Below are positions 63,833 through 64,000 of a stretch of 64,000 nt of DNA, piece after piece (the stretch's first letter is position 1; every line of letters starts with the position of its first letter). This stretch comes from Saprospiraceae bacterium (lineage in GTDB: Bacteria; Bacteroidota; Bacteroidia; Chitinophagales; Saprospiraceae). Made by a program: the position numbers and the translations under genes. The notes under the pieces were generated by a model, which had not been told where the DNA came from, ran no database searches, and saw nothing but the letters and a program-made list of their open reading frames with translations. The stretch is from the NCBI GenBank assembly GCA_027488855.1, contig JAIYAV010000217.1:9197-73196 (forward strand), written 5' to 3'.

Positions 63833-64000
63833 TCACCCCAGCAACTCTTCCACCTGATCCACAAAAAAGCAATACTCATGCCGTCTCATCCCGATCTTCG
63901 GATAATATCCAATTGCTTTGGGCGCTGACAAAAGGATCAATTTCGCTTGTGGACTCGCCAGTTTGGTTTGCCGGATCAATTCCGTCCCAATGCCTTGGTG
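63833..64000 (-). CDS. GNAT-family N-acetyltransferase, C-terminal fragment (5' end beyond the window)
   Basis: My manual minus-strand translation reads '[55 protein letters not shown]'. It contains the Q/R-x-x-G-x-G/A acetyl-CoA loop and an 'A..FY.K.G' ending. The stop TGA is at 63833-63835. Confidence 0.55.
   Translation of the reverse strand, partial: HQGIGTELIRQTKLASPQAKLILLSAPKAIGYYPKIGMRRHEYCFFVDQVEELLG

Overview
This is a 64-kb chromosomal window that looks Bacteroidota-type. Support comes from a T9SS C-terminal sorting domain, several TAnnTTTG -7 boxes, many secreted CAZymes, and DUF1800/DUF1501 and ThuA-PQQ-cytochrome c genes. The finer taxon is unknown. No searches were run: all product calls rest on motif recognition in the supplied translations, and all GC values are hand counts on single 60-nt lines.

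Most of the window (about 50% GC) is ordinary. It holds a 5'-truncated Clp-type ATPase, a DUF5686 protein, GH29 plus glycosylasparaginase, an XdhC-like gene, accD, GH95, GH51, a PL22-like gene, lutBC, a glycosyltransferase/UbiA-like/ABC operon, an acyl-CoA synthetase, a BNR-repeat protein, apbE and others.

The stand-out is an AT-rich island (about 30-37% GC) from roughly 5.27 to 12.4 kb. It has no integrase, tRNA or obvious att repeats, and it carries two candidate conflict modules:
- Module 1 is a tightly coupled four-gene operon encoding a classic AAA+ ATPase, a coiled-coil protein, a MotA/ExbB-like channel protein with a long helical tail, and a MotB/OmpA-like protein. This is a Zorya-like ZorAB core without recognisable ZorC/D/E partners.
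- Module 2 is an NA37/YejK-like nucleoid-associated protein translationally coupled to a stand-alone RelA/SpoT synthetase (toxSAS-like). It is followed by an HD small-alarmone-hydrolase gene whose base composition switches mid-gene.

Separately, the intergenic regions hold several families of long palindromes built from short repeated words (CTTAGGTG, CACAAAG, GTTGAG/GTTGAA). One MITE-like element has perfect 33-bp inverted repeats and sits next to a DUF433 antitoxin-like gene.
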